A DNA stretch of 64,000 nt, from NCBI GenBank assembly GCA_963675295.2, contig CAXXKJ010000002.1, positions 3,584,001 through 3,648,000 of the forward strand. The letters are read 5' to 3'. The stretch comes from a bacterium (GTDB taxonomy: Bacteria; Electryoneota; Electryoneia; Electryoneales; Electryoneaceae). Positions within the stretch are counted from its first letter, which is position 1, and every line of letters starts with the position of its first letter. The translations under genes and the position numbers were made by a program. This document shows positions 10,601 through 19,313 of this stretch, in pieces. The notes beneath the pieces were generated by a model. That model made no database searches. It saw only the letters and a list, made by a program, of their open reading frames with translations, and was not told the DNA's origin.

Positions 10601-10746
10601 ATGTGGCTGACCCAGTTGTCGTAGGCCGACCCCGGGTTGCTTCCGGCGAGAAAGCCTCTCAGGCTTCCCGTCTCTTGAATAATCTGTCCCATGGCCGGAA
10701 CCGCCAGAAGCCACGCAACACACAACGCACTGACAAACGTCCGCAT
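7612..10746 (-). CDS. Large secreted multidomain protein (FN3-like and jelly-roll-like domains) with T9SS-like C-terminal domain
   Basis: Likely start MRTFVSAL (signal peptide); GWYIDDV strand; WPNPFN...ASGVYL...RKLVLMK. Confidence 0.85.
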   Translation of the reverse strand: MRTFVSALCVAWLLAVPAMGQIIQETGSLRGFLAGSNPGSAYDNWVSHIVEGIADPGYNDYGPELIDPQTSGFGSFRYIPDTPFGDQALDHWDNIFLAMFEDDLSAAAAMVADSAATFHYETVQFEDSDYGRTFYILREQLNMDYVDTSGTSDPADDIYGSFDNGWGVFIFNPNATRANIMVQVVHPCDDFFAPFAAVELFLDIDAAALCINGSGREVLWTGQGSYSNSKSLSDPSRNPRLPLQRYTERFADEFIGYYPHPAFVIQLHSFDPSHDLHTPNILSAGYTHTVPYLPMRDMRQEGRDLAHMTPHPVFAAGDYVGNDGPLPAMPVNDYYAMNTTLNYYVHVGPNDSLRVPQATTLRGDPNNQQDQYLYDESHNYIAFQAIQPFLHVEMDEWPSYLEDNNYPRTNMFNLQVIPPEITTYTPMLEFYAPFLNSIANWLDWWDNPVSVAMPPQIQGLEVHEDGEGSVAISWQPIVDGHQYTYEILADTDPPTENSPIIWTSDDDPWLRAIGLDDWTYVTTLPYQEESYVAVRIRDLGGNYGPLSLPLQVTPDDVTGIELTVLNTDTFPRTGWPLWINAAPQQTDISSITVLWRMNGAAQGTLELEPVGENGLWSVSLPDNVPVQACDLIEYKLQSEDLSATGNPLTYPEDGWYETTISNTSSVFELIDFENTGGEVVPLGEWQIGVPTFGPTGAVSGENVVGTILDGPYTQEVPSFLIINDMLAPEYGPLLLVYEQWLEYAVDPDVPGSAIDGGEIGTDAPGYEKVEPIGGYNYRIPGSGVDNGTDVYSGETGDWETVVVDLRDLHGATANLVFESKTHGDLGKAGWYIDDVRMVREVNFQQPLPFALATPEDGTAMQDEVVTFTWDECVDNDPYAFAEYTLSLTSYNETIEVSGSTDPQLTVDFDDLDLTWNGSPEITWSVMAVSQGDTVYSDQPFTLLNPYSDVNDNDNTLPGEFALREVWPNPFNSTLTLSYDLPKPANVEAILYNVLGQRVAVLENARHIAGSHRMSWRAHGLASGVYLLHLKTGDKAFTRKLVLMK

Positions 10747-11022
10747 ATCCCCGATCCCCTCGATGTGTGTGGAATAGAGGAACTTAGGCAACGAACGTTT
10801 CCCGTACAAGCGAGGGCCCGGATTCTCTGCAAATCTTTCTGTTTGCGCTCCTCAGCCAAACAGCGTCTCCAGACCTTGTTTGGACCTTGAGTTGAAAGGC
10901 AAAAACGGGGGCGGTCCGCTTGCTTCGTGAACGAGCGCTCGGTACGTTGCAGAGTTATGGAGGTGGATCCTCGCGTGCCTCTTCTCGCGAGGCAGGGTCG
11001 CTGTATTCGGGGGAGCTCGAAC

Positions 11023-14016
11023 ATGCTGAACTGCACAGACTACACACACTTCACCCGTTGGATCGGTTTAGGGCTGCTGTTGATCGCCGTGGCGGTGGTT
11101 TCCCAGCCGGTACCAGTCGTTGCGCAAACCGAGGCGCCGCAGCTGACGGCGGTCGAGGAGGACGGCGGTATCCGTCTCATCTGGACGCGTCCCGGTGAGG
11201 GCGGACGCTGGGCGGTACTCCGCAGCTTCGATGAGTTTGGCCTGATCGAGGATACGCTCGCGTACACCAGCGACACGACGTGGTTCGATCCCGAAGGGTT
11301 TGAGTATCCCGGCACGCGGGCGTTTTACCGTGTCGTGCCGTGGGAACCGGACGATCCACCGAACGATTGGGTCGGGATCGAGGGCTATGAAGCACCGATC
11401 ACCCTCGAAGTGTTTGACACTGACCGCGACCTGGATCCTGTGTGGAGCCTGGAAGACGGCGGCGCGTTCGGCGAACCCGGCCAGCACCTGCTGCTCGGCG
11501 GGGACACGTGGAAAACCCAGATGCTGGACGATCCGCTCCAGCTCGACCGCGATATCATCTGGGCAGTGGACGCGATGAGCGACACCACCAGCCGTTTGCA
11601 GATGATCGGTTTCGGTGATGGCACGGACGAGATGTGGTACGTCCTCTGGGGTCAGTATGCACCGAACACCGACAGCCTGATCTGGACCTACCAGGGCTGG
11701 TTCCCGGAGTTTGAGTGGAACACCTTCAACCTGCCGATCGGCGAGGACTGGTATGGCCGGTTCGGTGGCAATCCGGAAATCGACCGAGTATTCTACGTCA
11801 ACGATTCCTCCGACGATGACGACCAGGGCTGGCTGCGGATCGACAACCTGCGCGACGCGACCAACGCCCAGCCGAACCGTCCCGAAGTCAGCTTCGAGTG
11901 GCAGTGGATTGAGCACCCTGATCCGGATTCGGTGACGGTGCAGTTTGTCAACTGGTCGATGGACCAGGACAGCGACGATCTCACGTTCCTCTGGATCTTC
12001 GGCGACGGCACCAGCAGCGTGGTCGAACACCCGCGCCACACCTACCCGATTGAAGGCGAATGGCCGGTCACGTTGCGTGTTGCAGACGGCTACGAGCGCT
12101 GGGACATGCTGACGCAGACGATCAGCAACGGAATCATCACCCAGCCGCGCGGCAACTTCACGATTGGCAACGTAGGCGATGTGATTCTCGCACGCGGGAT
12201 CATCAACCGCATCAACGATCTTGGGCAGGACGCGATTTTCGCCGGTGTGCAGGATCTGCTCGACCAGTTCGACATGAATTTCGGCAATTTCGAATGCCCG
12301 TTCACGGTGTCCAATGACGGTCACCCGACAAAGGGTATCCTGTTCAAGGCACGCCCGAGCGACTCGCCGATCCTGCAGAACGCCAGGTTCAACTGGGTGT
12401 CGCAGGCGAACAATCACAGCATGGACTACATGCTGGAAGGGATGCTCGAATCGGGTGAGGTCCTGGACAATGCCGGCATTGCGTGGAACGGCATGGGGAT
12501 CAACGACATCATGGCGCGTCAGCCGGTGCTGATGAACTACAACCGGATGAAGCTCGGCATTATTGCGATGTGCAACCGTGACGGGCATTACAACAACTAC
12601 CAGCCGTACCTCGATGCCGCCCGTGACCGGCCCGGCTTCGCATTGTGGAACCGCACCGGGATTGAGGCTACCGTCGGGCTGCAGGACTCGGTGGACATCC
12701 TGATGTATCAGGTTCACTGCGGCAGCGAATACTCGTTTTTCCCCCGAGACGGCGACAACTTTGAGGAACCACGGTTTGCGGACGAAGTCGAGATCGATGA
12801 TCCGTACGTAATCTTCTCGCTCGAACCGGATTCGGGCGAGGTGGCGCTGCGGCATTATGCGATCGACCAGGGCGCGGACGTCGTCATCTGCCACCATCCG
12901 CACGTTATCCAGGGCGTGGAAGTGTACAACGGGAAGTTCATCGCGCACAGCCTTGGCGACTTTGTTTTCGATCTCACGTACAACGAAACGCTCCCCTCAA
13001 TGCTCGTCGAACTGATTGTTGGCGACGAGGAAATTGAGGGTGTAACCGTTTACCCGATCTGGGTTGAGGATGATCTTCCAGTCCGACCGACCGGCGAGCT
13101 GGCCCGGGCGATCACCGACTACCTGACTCATTACTCCCGGCTGCTGAATACGCATTTAACCCGCCCGCCGGACAACGAGGTCGCGGACGTGCAGTTTGAC
13201 ACGACGTATGCACGCGATTCCTCCATGGGTGTCCGCCAGGTGACGCTGAACGACCATCCGGATGATATGAAGCGCACCGCACCGATCTTCCTCAATTGGG
13301 AAGGCTACGTGACCAACATCCGGGTCGAGGATTATCCGGATGGGACGCAGATCCGGTATGGCCGTGACATTCTCCTCTGGGCGAATATGGAGGAAGAGGG
13401 TGCGGACGTCTGGGTGACAAACAGCCAGTACGAAGGCTACAGTACCGAAGTCTTCTACAAGGGGACGCGTAGCCTGCAGATCGAACTTCCAGACGGCGTC
13501 TGGAGCAATTACATCAGTGACTTCCGCCGCAAGGTGAAGCTGCAGAGCGAGCTGTCGCACAGCTTCTCCGGCTACATTCGCACGCAGAATGTGTCAGAAG
13601 CTTCATTCCAGATCCGATTCCATAACAGTCGAGACGGCAACTGGGTGAGCAACGACGAGATCAGCCAGTACGGCACGGAAGACTGGACGCAGCTGTACAT
13701 GGACTTCGACGAGATCGAGAATGACTGGAATTTCCTCAACGTGCGCTGCAACCAGGAACCTCCGGACGGGTCGACGGGTACAGCATGGTATGACCAGTGT
13801 TCGTTTGTCGAGTGGCAGCCGTGGGAAGATGTAGCCGCGGACGGTTCGGTGGATCTGCCGTATCCGAATGGCTATCGTTTCGCGCAAATCCAGATTCCCG
13901 CCGCCAACGCGCCGCCGGACAACGAGATTGTGATCTACTACGAGCGTGAATGGCCGGCGATGTATGATCCGCCCCGAAACCTGCCAGACGGTGAAATGGT
14001 GCAGGCGTCCCGTTGA
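11023..14016 (+). CDS. Secreted CapA/PgsA-family metallophosphatase-fold protein with a PKD domain
   Basis: GDVILARG, NFECP, ANNHSMDY, H.G.EY, GADVVICHHPHV.Q, HSLGDFVFD; PKD motif WIFGDG...PRHTY. Confidence 0.88.
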   Translation: MLNCTDYTHFTRWIGLGLLLIAVAVVSQPVPVVAQTEAPQLTAVEEDGGIRLIWTRPGEGGRWAVLRSFDEFGLIEDTLAYTSDTTWFDPEGFEYPGTRAFYRVVPWEPDDPPNDWVGIEGYEAPITLEVFDTDRDLDPVWSLEDGGAFGEPGQHLLLGGDTWKTQMLDDPLQLDRDIIWAVDAMSDTTSRLQMIGFGDGTDEMWYVLWGQYAPNTDSLIWTYQGWFPEFEWNTFNLPIGEDWYGRFGGNPEIDRVFYVNDSSDDDDQGWLRIDNLRDATNAQPNRPEVSFEWQWIEHPDPDSVTVQFVNWSMDQDSDDLTFLWIFGDGTSSVVEHPRHTYPIEGEWPVTLRVADGYERWDMLTQTISNGIITQPRGNFTIGNVGDVILARGIINRINDLGQDAIFAGVQDLLDQFDMNFGNFECPFTVSNDGHPTKGILFKARPSDSPILQNARFNWVSQANNHSMDYMLEGMLESGEVLDNAGIAWNGMGINDIMARQPVLMNYNRMKLGIIAMCNRDGHYNNYQPYLDAARDRPGFALWNRTGIEATVGLQDSVDILMYQVHCGSEYSFFPRDGDNFEEPRFADEVEIDDPYVIFSLEPDSGEVALRHYAIDQGADVVICHHPHVIQGVEVYNGKFIAHSLGDFVFDLTYNETLPSMLVELIVGDEEIEGVTVYPIWVEDDLPVRPTGELARAITDYLTHYSRLLNTHLTRPPDNEVADVQFDTTYARDSSMGVRQVTLNDHPDDMKRTAPIFLNWEGYVTNIRVEDYPDGTQIRYGRDILLWANMEEEGADVWVTNSQYEGYSTEVFYKGTRSLQIELPDGVWSNYISDFRRKVKLQSELSHSFSGYIRTQNVSEASFQIRFHNSRDGNWVSNDEISQYGTEDWTQLYMDFDEIENDWNFLNVRCNQEPPDGSTGTAWYDQCSFVEWQPWEDVAADGSVDLPYPNGYRFAQIQIPAANAPPDNEIVIYYEREWPAMYDPPRNLPDGEMVQASR

Positions 14017-14088
14017 AGTTGAGGGGACGATTTCGCGGATGTGAGTGATTGCGTGGAAGCATGCGTCCTGCTACATTTCGGGCGCTTT

Positions 14089-14170
14089 GCGCGAGTGGTG
14101 GAATTGGCAGACACGCAGGTTTTAGGCACCTGTGCCGAAAGGTGTGGGGGTTCGAGTCCCCCCTCGCGCA
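14089..14170 (+). tRNA. tRNA-Leu (anticodon TAG); CCA not encoded
   Basis: Acceptor GCGCGAG/CTCGCGC, anticodon arm CAGGT-TTTAGGC-ACCTG, long variable arm, T-arm GGGGG-TTCGAGT-CCCCC. Confidence 0.96.
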
Positions 14171-14171
14171 C
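14117..14171 (+). repeat. attL core (55 bp, 3' part of tRNA-Leu)
   Basis: Identical to 32205-32259. Confidence 0.95.
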
Positions 14172-14233
14172 CGTGTTAATAATCACGGAATTACAACGAC
14201 AGCTACACTACATCCAGCTAGGAATAAACCATG

Positions 14234-14255
14234 TTCAGGTAACACCCGGGTAACA
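14234..14255 (+). promoter_or_regulatory. Putative integrase arm-type sites (left)
   Basis: TTCAGGTAACACCCGGGTAACA matches 32070-32091 at 20/22 positions. Confidence 0.6.
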
Positions 14256-14289
14256 CTGTTAACCTTCAGATCTTGGACTTAAGCAAAAA

Positions 14290-15372
14290 TCAATATGGCG
14301 AACGCACGACACGTTCGCTTTCGCTGAACGTCGCCAGCAGTGCTGAATAGTATTTTTCCAGCGTCGTTACGCTCGACCATCCCCCGATAGCTTGAACCAA
14401 TGTTATCGGTGTTCCTTGTAAGAGTTGCCAAGTGCACCACGTGGCCCTTAGGGTGTGCAATTTGTAATTTGGGTTAAACCCCAACTTTTTGAACATCCGT
14501 TTTACACGCTTGCTCATGGTTTGGGGATCATACGGGGCACCTTTAGTACCGGTAGTAGCACCGGTTTCAGAAAACACATACTCGCCCTCCAGCTTCAACC
14601 CTTCAATCAGTTCTTTCAGTTGTGGTAGTTGACGGAAACTTAGTACCCTGGCCTTTCTTGACTTGGCAACATCACCACGAATTGTAACTGTACCTGCGTT
14701 CATATTAATATCAGTGACACGCAGGGCTAGGGCTTCTGAACGCCTACATCCCGTATATAAGTAAAATTTAATCAGATTTTCTAGTTCCTTACCCTTTACT
14801 TCCTCAAGTAGTTTTTGAATTTCTTCTAAAGATAGATACAGTGGAACTTCCTTAATTACTTTTATCTCTTTTCCTTCCCAAGGATTAGTAGTTATCAGCC
14901 CCCAATCCACACCTTTACTGAAACAAGCTTTTATTGCTCCTACTTGAGTTTTTATTGTCACAGGTTTAACTTTTCCAAGCCTATAACTAACATAATCATC
15001 TACAAATGCTTTATTAATTATTGTTAATTGTATATCACCACCGCTACCTTTATATTTTACTTTTATATACTGCACCATCTGCTTCAAACTATTAAAAGCT
15101 TTATCATAAGTGGCTTCACTTTTATTAGTTTTGCAGTGTTTAAGATAGCGATCTGTTAACGCAGATAATTTTATACCTGTTTTTACACTTGGTTTGATTC
15201 CTAATTTCTTTTCCTGAACTTCCTGTATCACAGCATTCAATGCTTGCTGTGCCTGATCTTTTGTTCCTTCCCAGCTGAATTTTCGCTGTTTACCTGTTTC
15301 ATCACGGTACCTGGCAACATATTTAACTCTACCGTTCTTCTTAACTTCCCTGATTAGTTTGGGATTCTGCAT
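14290..15372 (-). CDS. Tyrosine recombinase/integrase
   Basis: YTGCRRSE (R), AKSRK (K), HTLR, GGWS (W), KYY (Y); N-terminal arm-binding-like YVARYRDETGKQRK; likely start MQNPKL. Confidence 0.93.
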   Translation of the reverse strand: MQNPKLIREVKKNGRVKYVARYRDETGKQRKFSWEGTKDQAQQALNAVIQEVQEKKLGIKPSVKTGIKLSALTDRYLKHCKTNKSEATYDKAFNSLKQMVQYIKVKYKGSGGDIQLTIINKAFVDDYVSYRLGKVKPVTIKTQVGAIKACFSKGVDWGLITTNPWEGKEIKVIKEVPLYLSLEEIQKLLEEVKGKELENLIKFYLYTGCRRSEALALRVTDINMNAGTVTIRGDVAKSRKARVLSFRQLPQLKELIEGLKLEGEYVFSETGATTGTKGAPYDPQTMSKRVKRMFKKLGFNPNYKLHTLRATWCTWQLLQGTPITLVQAIGGWSSVTTLEKYYSALLATFSESERVVRSPY

Positions 15373-15487
15373 GGTAACCACCACCGTAGTTGCGAACCAA
15401 TACCTGAGTAACAAAATAACCTGTGGCTGTCGATAATTCAATAATAACGTTTTAAAATCGACTTCATTTCCGATCAGCCGCCTGGAT

Positions 15488-18418
15488 CTATTCGTCAGAC
15501 TTTTTCACCCGGTATTTTCCCTGGGCAACCCGTTCAGTGATCGTCTTCAAATCCCGCTCTACAGTTTTCACAGCCACAGCAATGCCCGCTTCTTTAAGAG
15601 CTGCGCGTACCCCCTTGATAGTCACAACTTCACCACCAAATGTACGCTGAATGAACTCATGTCTGAGGTCGTGAAGTGATTTGGGTTTCTCGACAACAGG
15701 AATCTCACCACGAATTTGCAGCACGGTTCGCAGTTTCGTTTTGATGAAAGGTATTGCCCCGTCAACGTCTTCCTCTGTTGCGACTGTGCCAAGTGAAGCT
15801 GATGTAATGGCTCGCACATACTTGTGCGCCGATATGGCTGCACGAGTGGAAAAATCGGTAATTGCCTTCTCGTCAGGGAATTCATCCTGCATCTCTTTCC
15901 AGACAGCATCCATCCTCCCGACCAAACACTCGCGCACATTTTCAGGGAGTGGTTCGACTTTGCGGAAATATGTCCTGACGTAAGCGACGATGCGCTTCAG
16001 CGTACGTTTCCATTCACCTGCTGTGGCCGAATCTGAGGTGACGTCAGCTTTACCCCACTCACGCAATATTTCTTCGGCCACCTTTAGCTGAGATTGCCCA
16101 CCCCGTTCAAGCTCAACGATAAAATCGAACCTGGAGAGAACGTTTACGGGTACATCAATATCCTGTTTTCCTTGCGGCAGTGGTCGAACCTGGGATAAGC
16201 GATTCATATCAACGTGGATTGCCGTCAGGGCTTTGAATATCACCCGGGATGTGGTTGAGTCGATTACCTCTCCATCTTCCATCAGTTTGGAGAACATGGC
16301 GAAAATCGGCTGTCTGTCATGCCTGATCTCGTGGAAATCCTGAATGCAGAGCACACCGTGGGACGCCCTCGGTACATAGCCTGGGCGAATTTCATGACCC
16401 CGCGAGGATGTACTCTTATTCCCTATCAGCCCTGCAACCGTCAACTTCCTGTCAACCGATGCGACTTCCTCACCAACCGGGTTCAGAATTAATGCGGCCG
16501 TTGTCAGCAGCTTTTTACCCGCACCGGGGGGACCAATTACCAGCGAATTGAGTTTCATCGAACTGTTCTTCTCGTACCCATCGGAAAAGCTCTGATAGAT
16601 AATGAAGTCGAGGGCTTGGTCCAGACCTTCGAGTTTGTCTAATCCCTGAATATGAAGATTTTCAACAAGTTGGCTCTTAATGTAGTTGACGATGCCTTTC
16701 GGCTTCCTTGCATGTTCCCTGAAGATTGCAGCGATAGTCTCATCAGGATCAGGTTTGACCTGAATCAAGTCTTCCGCTGTTGGTTGATCCTTGACCCCCG
16801 TGATATAAAAAGCGAAGAACGGATCTGGAACCCTTCCCCTTCTATCGGCCGGAACTGGGACAACGGGGAATACAGCTCCTTCCAAAACAACCATTTGAAC
16901 AGGGAAGTCGGTATTCATGAATTTTCCGAGAACAGCCTCGTACCGGTCGCTCGACATCGGGATAGCCGGAATCCTGTCTCCACGCTGATCTCGGAGCATC
17001 ACCTCCCTGTACCCCAACTCCATACCCTGAAATGTCTGAAGCTTTGGTGATGATACCTGATGGATCCACGCTAGCAATCGGGCAGGCTTCTTACGGTACT
17101 GTGGGCTTATCAGCTCCCCAATCGACTGTGCAAATGTGTCTTTCCAGGTTGGATTGCTTGCAATAAACGCTTCGATATCCTCACCAATCTTGTGGGATGA
17201 CAGAGCTTCCGTTATTATCGGTTTTTCGTGGGCTAAATCATATTGATCCTGTACTTGCGTCGTGTCGGTCTGCCTGTTTGTCGGTTTGACGTCTGTCACT
17301 TTGATTTCTCCCGCTTCACGAATTATCTGTTCAGCAAAATCTTCCATCTCCATGCTCAAGTAGTATTCCACCTCAGGGAAACCGGCCTGCATTCTGGGGA
17401 GGACGTGGTGGTACATCTCGCGTCGCTCTTCTTCAGACGGTGCCCTTTTCTTTGACCGTAGGTCTGAATAATCAAAGTGCCACAATCCTGAATCTGGGAA
17501 CATCTTCCGACATAGTTTCAGATTCTTCGTGCCCCATCGAAGTACGCCAACAGCATAGTGATGCACCAACTTGGGATTCAGTGTGTCTGCCAGTCGATCA
17601 ATCAACTCGGTGTACGCATCCTGCCATCCTGCAAATGGAATTACAGGATCAAGTTTCAGCGAGACCGGATATCCCCATTCCTGGCATTGGCGAACTGCTA
17701 CTATTCGATCTTCGAAGGGAACCGCGTTTTCACCTTCAGAATTGTCAATCACCAGCTGTGGCGACAGCGTAAAACCAACAATCGTCCTACCCTGATGATC
17801 GAGACCCTTCAGGTTCTGAACATTGGCGCTTTTCGTGCGAAGTTCGATCTGGCTGTTTGGAAGCGTCGTGACAAACGGGATGAAGTCCGTCGTCATTCTG
17901 GTCAGGTGGTCCAGTGCCAGGCTGTCAGTGTGTTCGCCCAGGTTGAACGTGGATAGCTGGTCACCTGTTTCTTCTGCAAATTGCGTCATCTTGCGTTGAA
18001 TTTGGTGCACATCAGCATTCACGGCAACGGGATAGCTGCTCACGTTTGCGCCGTCTAAGTAGCAGTAGTGACACTTGAACATGCACATGCCACCAATTAT
18101 TGCTTCGAAGACCCGTCCGGAATTCTGCTTGTAGACGTCCATTGATATGCGCCGACCGTGACGGGGTTCTTCTTTTACACGCCCATCACTAGATGCCCTC
18201 AAGTAGAGCACTTTGCGACCGCGTAGAATGTTAATTGGGGCATAGTCGTAATAATCACCAGCTTCCGGGAATTCAATTTGCTTCATTTGAGTGGCATTTT
18301 CTACATATTCGACGGGGATTCCCTTCATTTCAGGTGAACCAAGGACTCGTTGCGTCACTTCTTCATCCCGGACTTTGTTTAGGACATAGATGCGTTCGGG
18401 ACGAAAGTCAGAAATCAT
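15488..18418 (-). CDS. Fusion of spore-photoproduct-lyase-like radical SAM domain and MCM-family (OB, AAA+, wHTH) domain, ~976 aa
   Basis: CMFKCHYCYL, GEHTDSLALD, ELRTKS, GYPVSLKLDPVI (SplB-like); GPPGAGK, LTVAGL, PGYVPRASHGVLCIQDF, MEDGEV, LSRFD (MCM-like); single ORF; start taken at MISDFRPERIY. Confidence 0.82.
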   Translation of the reverse strand: MISDFRPERIYVLNKVRDEEVTQRVLGSPEMKGIPVEYVENATQMKQIEFPEAGDYYDYAPINILRGRKVLYLRASSDGRVKEEPRHGRRISMDVYKQNSGRVFEAIIGGMCMFKCHYCYLDGANVSSYPVAVNADVHQIQRKMTQFAEETGDQLSTFNLGEHTDSLALDHLTRMTTDFIPFVTTLPNSQIELRTKSANVQNLKGLDHQGRTIVGFTLSPQLVIDNSEGENAVPFEDRIVAVRQCQEWGYPVSLKLDPVIPFAGWQDAYTELIDRLADTLNPKLVHHYAVGVLRWGTKNLKLCRKMFPDSGLWHFDYSDLRSKKRAPSEEERREMYHHVLPRMQAGFPEVEYYLSMEMEDFAEQIIREAGEIKVTDVKPTNRQTDTTQVQDQYDLAHEKPIITEALSSHKIGEDIEAFIASNPTWKDTFAQSIGELISPQYRKKPARLLAWIHQVSSPKLQTFQGMELGYREVMLRDQRGDRIPAIPMSSDRYEAVLGKFMNTDFPVQMVVLEGAVFPVVPVPADRRGRVPDPFFAFYITGVKDQPTAEDLIQVKPDPDETIAAIFREHARKPKGIVNYIKSQLVENLHIQGLDKLEGLDQALDFIIYQSFSDGYEKNSSMKLNSLVIGPPGAGKKLLTTAALILNPVGEEVASVDRKLTVAGLIGNKSTSSRGHEIRPGYVPRASHGVLCIQDFHEIRHDRQPIFAMFSKLMEDGEVIDSTTSRVIFKALTAIHVDMNRLSQVRPLPQGKQDIDVPVNVLSRFDFIVELERGGQSQLKVAEEILREWGKADVTSDSATAGEWKRTLKRIVAYVRTYFRKVEPLPENVRECLVGRMDAVWKEMQDEFPDEKAITDFSTRAAISAHKYVRAITSASLGTVATEEDVDGAIPFIKTKLRTVLQIRGEIPVVEKPKSLHDLRHEFIQRTFGGEVVTIKGVRAALKEAGIAVAVKTVERDLKTITERVAQGKYRVKKSDE

Positions 18419-18534
18419 AGCCACGTCAATACCCCCAGTGACACCAGCTTTTTGCCGATGAATTCCTAAGCTCGGAAACACGTAAATAATCCGGCATAAG
18501 AACATGTACCCAGACAAAGCAAACAGGAGGACGT

Positions 18535-19293
18535 ATGACCGATTCGAAGGCGGCGATAACGCCGTTTGCACCAGTCGAACTACAACCACTTCGCAGGGCG
18601 AACGGGGATCACAGCAGCCGTTTGGCTGTGGTGTTGAATCCCCACGCTGATGCCACGGAAGTGGGAGTAGTATCCCCCGAATACAAGCTCGTGAAAAACA
18701 GTGACGTTGTGCAAGTCGCGGAAGACCTGCTTGGCAGGACGAGGATGCCCATCGAAGAACATCAGACGTTATGGAACGGGAAGAAGTTCCGGCAGCGATA
18801 TCTGCTGACCCAGACCACGGGTGAAGTAAAGGTCGGTGATGTTGTGGCATGCACGTTGGATGCTGTCAACAGCTACGATGGAAGTACCACCTTCGGCTTG
18901 GAATTCAACGCAGTCCGTCTGGTATGCAGCAACGGCATGATGTTGTCGTTCATGCTTGGTGGATTCCGCTTCAAACACTGGGGTAGCCAGAATTTCGACC
19001 GGGAAATGCGCGTTGCGGCGCGTCAGTTGGATCGTGTTGGCAATCGTCTGCATGTGGTTCTTCCGATGCTGGTCGATCTGACACACAAGCGGATGCGACG
19101 TGCGGACATCCAGAAGTTCTTCCGTGAAACCAACCTGCCGATCACTACCCAGGCGAAGGTATTCAACGGCATCGAAGACGACACAGCCTGGGGAGTGTAC
19201 AACGCAGCAACGGATGTGCTGACCAAGCAGGAACGCTTCAGCGCTGAAAACCTGAACCGTCGTGTGTCGCAGTATTTCCTGTCACCCAACTGA
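18535..19293 (+). CDS. DUF932/DUF945-family mobile-element protein
   Basis: VVSPEYKLVKN, NSYDGST, RLVCSNGM, TAWGVYNAAT; AGGAGG RBS. Confidence 0.85.
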   Translation: MTDSKAAITPFAPVELQPLRRANGDHSSRLAVVLNPHADATEVGVVSPEYKLVKNSDVVQVAEDLLGRTRMPIEEHQTLWNGKKFRQRYLLTQTTGEVKVGDVVACTLDAVNSYDGSTTFGLEFNAVRLVCSNGMMLSFMLGGFRFKHWGSQNFDREMRVAARQLDRVGNRLHVVLPMLVDLTHKRMRRADIQKFFRETNLPITTQAKVFNGIEDDTAWGVYNAATDVLTKQERFSAENLNRRVSQYFLSPN

Positions 19294-19313
19294 CCGAGAG
19301 GAGGTGATCATCT

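Noticed and set aside
11068-12948. Long antisense ORFs (also 4128-5735, 9301-10293, 40942-42621, 43120-44277)
   Set aside because: Shadow frames opposite well-supported genes in high-GC DNA, with no motifs
13938-14186. ORFs containing REGGLEPPHLSAQVPKT (also 32071-32259)
   Set aside because: Antisense translations of the tRNA/att sequence
15488-17300. BREX BrxL or Mg-chelatase/ComM assignment for the AAA+ domain
   Set aside because: No Lon protease domain and no pglX/pglZ/brxC; TxAGL and SRFD motifs fit MCM better, pending a profile search
18419-18534. LexA box controlling the SPL-MCM/DUF932 divergent promoter
   Set aside because: Only a GAACA half-site (~18500) is visible, which is not enough to claim SOS control
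18419-18850. N-terminal 144 aa of the 1120-aa ORF
   Set aside because: Overlaps the divergent DUF932 gene and the intergenic region; SplB-like sequence begins at MISDFRPERIY (18418)
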